This document shows, one piece after another, positions 61,897 to 64,000 of a DNA stretch of 64,000 nucleotides. The position numbers and the translations under genes were made by a program. The first letter of the stretch is position 1, and every line of letters begins with the position of its first letter. The notes beneath the pieces are model-generated. The model searched no databases. It was not told where the DNA came from and saw only the letters and a list, made by a program, of their open reading frames with translations. This DNA comes from Lama glama (taxonomy: Eukaryota), in the NCBI GenBank assembly GCA_028534125.1, contig CM052816.1, positions 70,992,001 to 71,056,000 on the forward strand, in the 5' to 3' direction.

Positions 61897-63504
61897 AGTT
61901 ATTGTAGGTAATAACTTGTGAAGGGATTCTGATCCTGAAAATATTCAGTGCAGTATAATGCTGACTGCGTTAGTAAATCTTTAACCGTCTCTTCTTACTT
62001 GCCTTTTTGTATAAAAAGTAAACAGCTTTCTGAAAAACAGTTATCATTTGAATATTTTAGTGGCTCGTAATTTTAATCAGCTTTTTTTTTTTTTTTTTTT
62101 TTTTACTTAGACCAGGACTATTCAACTTGAGTTTGCTGCAGGATACCACAAATAAGGCCCACAGGAAATAAAAGAGGAAACAAACTTGCCTTTTTAATCC
62201 CTAAACATTTCAAAGGCATTGGAGCAAGGACTCTCCACAGGCAGAGGACACAAGAGATTGTAAAAGGTTAAACAGTTTCTCACAACAGGCTTGGCAAAAC
62301 TCCACAATAGCTAGGTGACAACAGTAGCCTGTGAGGGTGACTTTTCCTGAACACATAGGTGATTTTCAGCCCTATATTATTTCTATCAGGGCTTTAATTT
62401 TGAGTAATTCTACCCTTCAGACCTCTCTAGTCTCCAAATACACATCATTTATTAATATAGTTTTAAATTTATAGATAATCTCTGACTACCATTCTTCAGT
62501 ATAAAATTAGTTACAGATCAAGATAAAACAACCACATTAACACTTAATGTAAGGTTGCTGCCTTTATTAACATGTAAATTACACCAAGAAATTTAATTTG
62601 TCCAGATTTGGTTTTGCAGCTTCCATATGAGGTCCAAAGTACTTTCTTTTATTAATGAGTGGGAGGAAAAAAGAATATAGAAGCAATAAATTGATTCAAA
62701 AAGGTATTTTTGTTTTATGGAGCTATTAACTTTTGCACCATTAATATTCTACAACTTCTCCACTGGCCAGGCAACTGTTGATGCTCTAGAATTTTACTTT
62801 GTGTAACTGAAATTCAAGTAACTTGTTCCTGAGTCTTTATATATAGTTTTGAAGTGGTTTCAATTCTTTATATTGAATCATGACACTGAGCTGCATTTTT
62901 CACTTTTGGTCACAAGAGGAAAAGTGGTATCTATGGCAACAGAAAAGTTGCAGTGTGGTTCCTGACAAGGTTTTCATGTGACAGAAATGACAGCCATCGT
63001 TAAGTAATACTATGTTAAGACGGTATCTTTTGTGTCAAATTTACTGTGATATCCAAAATTGGGGAATTACAACTTTAAAGAGAAAGACAGCTCAGCAATT
63101 AAAGTGTATATTAGAGAATCTTTAGACAGAGTCCTTGTGACCTGCCTTTTGGTTCAGTGCTTGATTTATAAAGCAGCATGGACTACTGCTCCAAAATCAT
63201 GATTAGAGAATTGAAAGATGTCAGCATTGAACTTGGACTAAATATATTTCTCATAAAAGTGACTGAATTGCACATATGAGTAATTTTGGCTTCTTTCTTA
63301 TCCAACATATTGTAAAAATGGAAAATGCAAGTTATTTAAAAATTGATTAGCAAAATTTAATTAATATTATTTGAAATGGCCTTTTGTCTTCCCTTTTCAT
63401 TTTTTAAAAAAGTGTGCTTCCTCAAGTCCTCCAAAACACAGACACACACAAACACATACACAGAGGCAAACACAGACCCTATACTTAAAAAAAATCAGTT
63501 TTGC

Positions 63505-64000
63505 TTTGTTTTTAATTGTAGTAAAATACGTATAAGGCAAATTTATCATTTTTAAGTGTATTGTTTGGTGGCATTAAGTCTATTCACACTGTTCTACTAC
63601 AATAGTGGTGATGACCACTATTCATCCATAGAACTCTTCATTTTGCAAACTGAAACTCCCCGTTCTTCTCTTCCCCCAGCCCTGGAAGCCATCATTCTAT
63701 CTTCTGTGTCTATACACTTTGCTACATTAGGTACTTCATGTAAATGGAATCATAGAGTACTTATCATTTTGTATCTTATTTCACTTAGCATAATATTCTC
63801 AAGTTTCATCAATTTTGTAGCATGTACCAGAATGTCCTTCCTTATTAAGTCTGAATAATATTCCATTGTATGTTCATACCACATTTTGTTTATCCACTCT
63901 TCCATAGACAAATACTTGTGTTCCTTTCAACTTTTTCCCATTACAAATAATGCTGCTGCTGTAAGTATGAGTGTATAATATCTCTTCAAAACCCTACTTT
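63505..64000 (-). mobile_element. L1MB-type 3' end, continues beyond the window
   Basis: ttaattgtagtaaaatac...gtggcattaagtctattcacactgtt...tcattttgcaaactgaaactc...ggtacttcatgtaaatggaatcata. Confidence 0.9.

Noticed and set aside
1..64000. L1 orientation bias (7 minus vs 4 plus) as evidence of lying in a plus-strand intron
   Set aside because: Too few elements and mixed LTR orientations; not informative.
1..64000. Prokaryote-style systems (CRISPR, operons, defence islands) or a CpG-island promoter
   Set aside because: The sequence is repeat-rich, CpG-depleted mammalian DNA with no long ORFs, no regularly spaced repeats and no CpG island.

Overview
AT-rich, CpG-depleted mammalian genomic DNA, very probably camelid (Camelus/Vicugna/Lama): there is a vic-1-type tRNA-derived SINE at 22862-22980 and young artiodactyl-type L1 3' ends. 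I recognise no functional protein-coding gene, RNA gene or CRISPR array, so the window is intergenic or lies deep in a large intron. Much of it is interspersed repeat: L1 of several ages, L2, MIR, ERV-L internal fragments and LTRs, MaLR LTRs, hAT and Tigger DNA transposons. The only cellular-gene homology is a full-length processed RPS17 pseudogene (minus strand, 46916-47390). Repeat subfamily names come from recalled consensus sequences, not from a database search, so class-level calls are firmer than subfamily calls. The best lead is a gap-free 98-nt hairpin formed where two L2 3' ends meet tail-to-tail (28854-28951), the same architecture as L2-derived microRNA genes. Weaker leads are several repeat-free, enhancer-like or exon-like islands and some unusual retroelement rearrangements. 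Nothing here establishes a new multi-component biological system.
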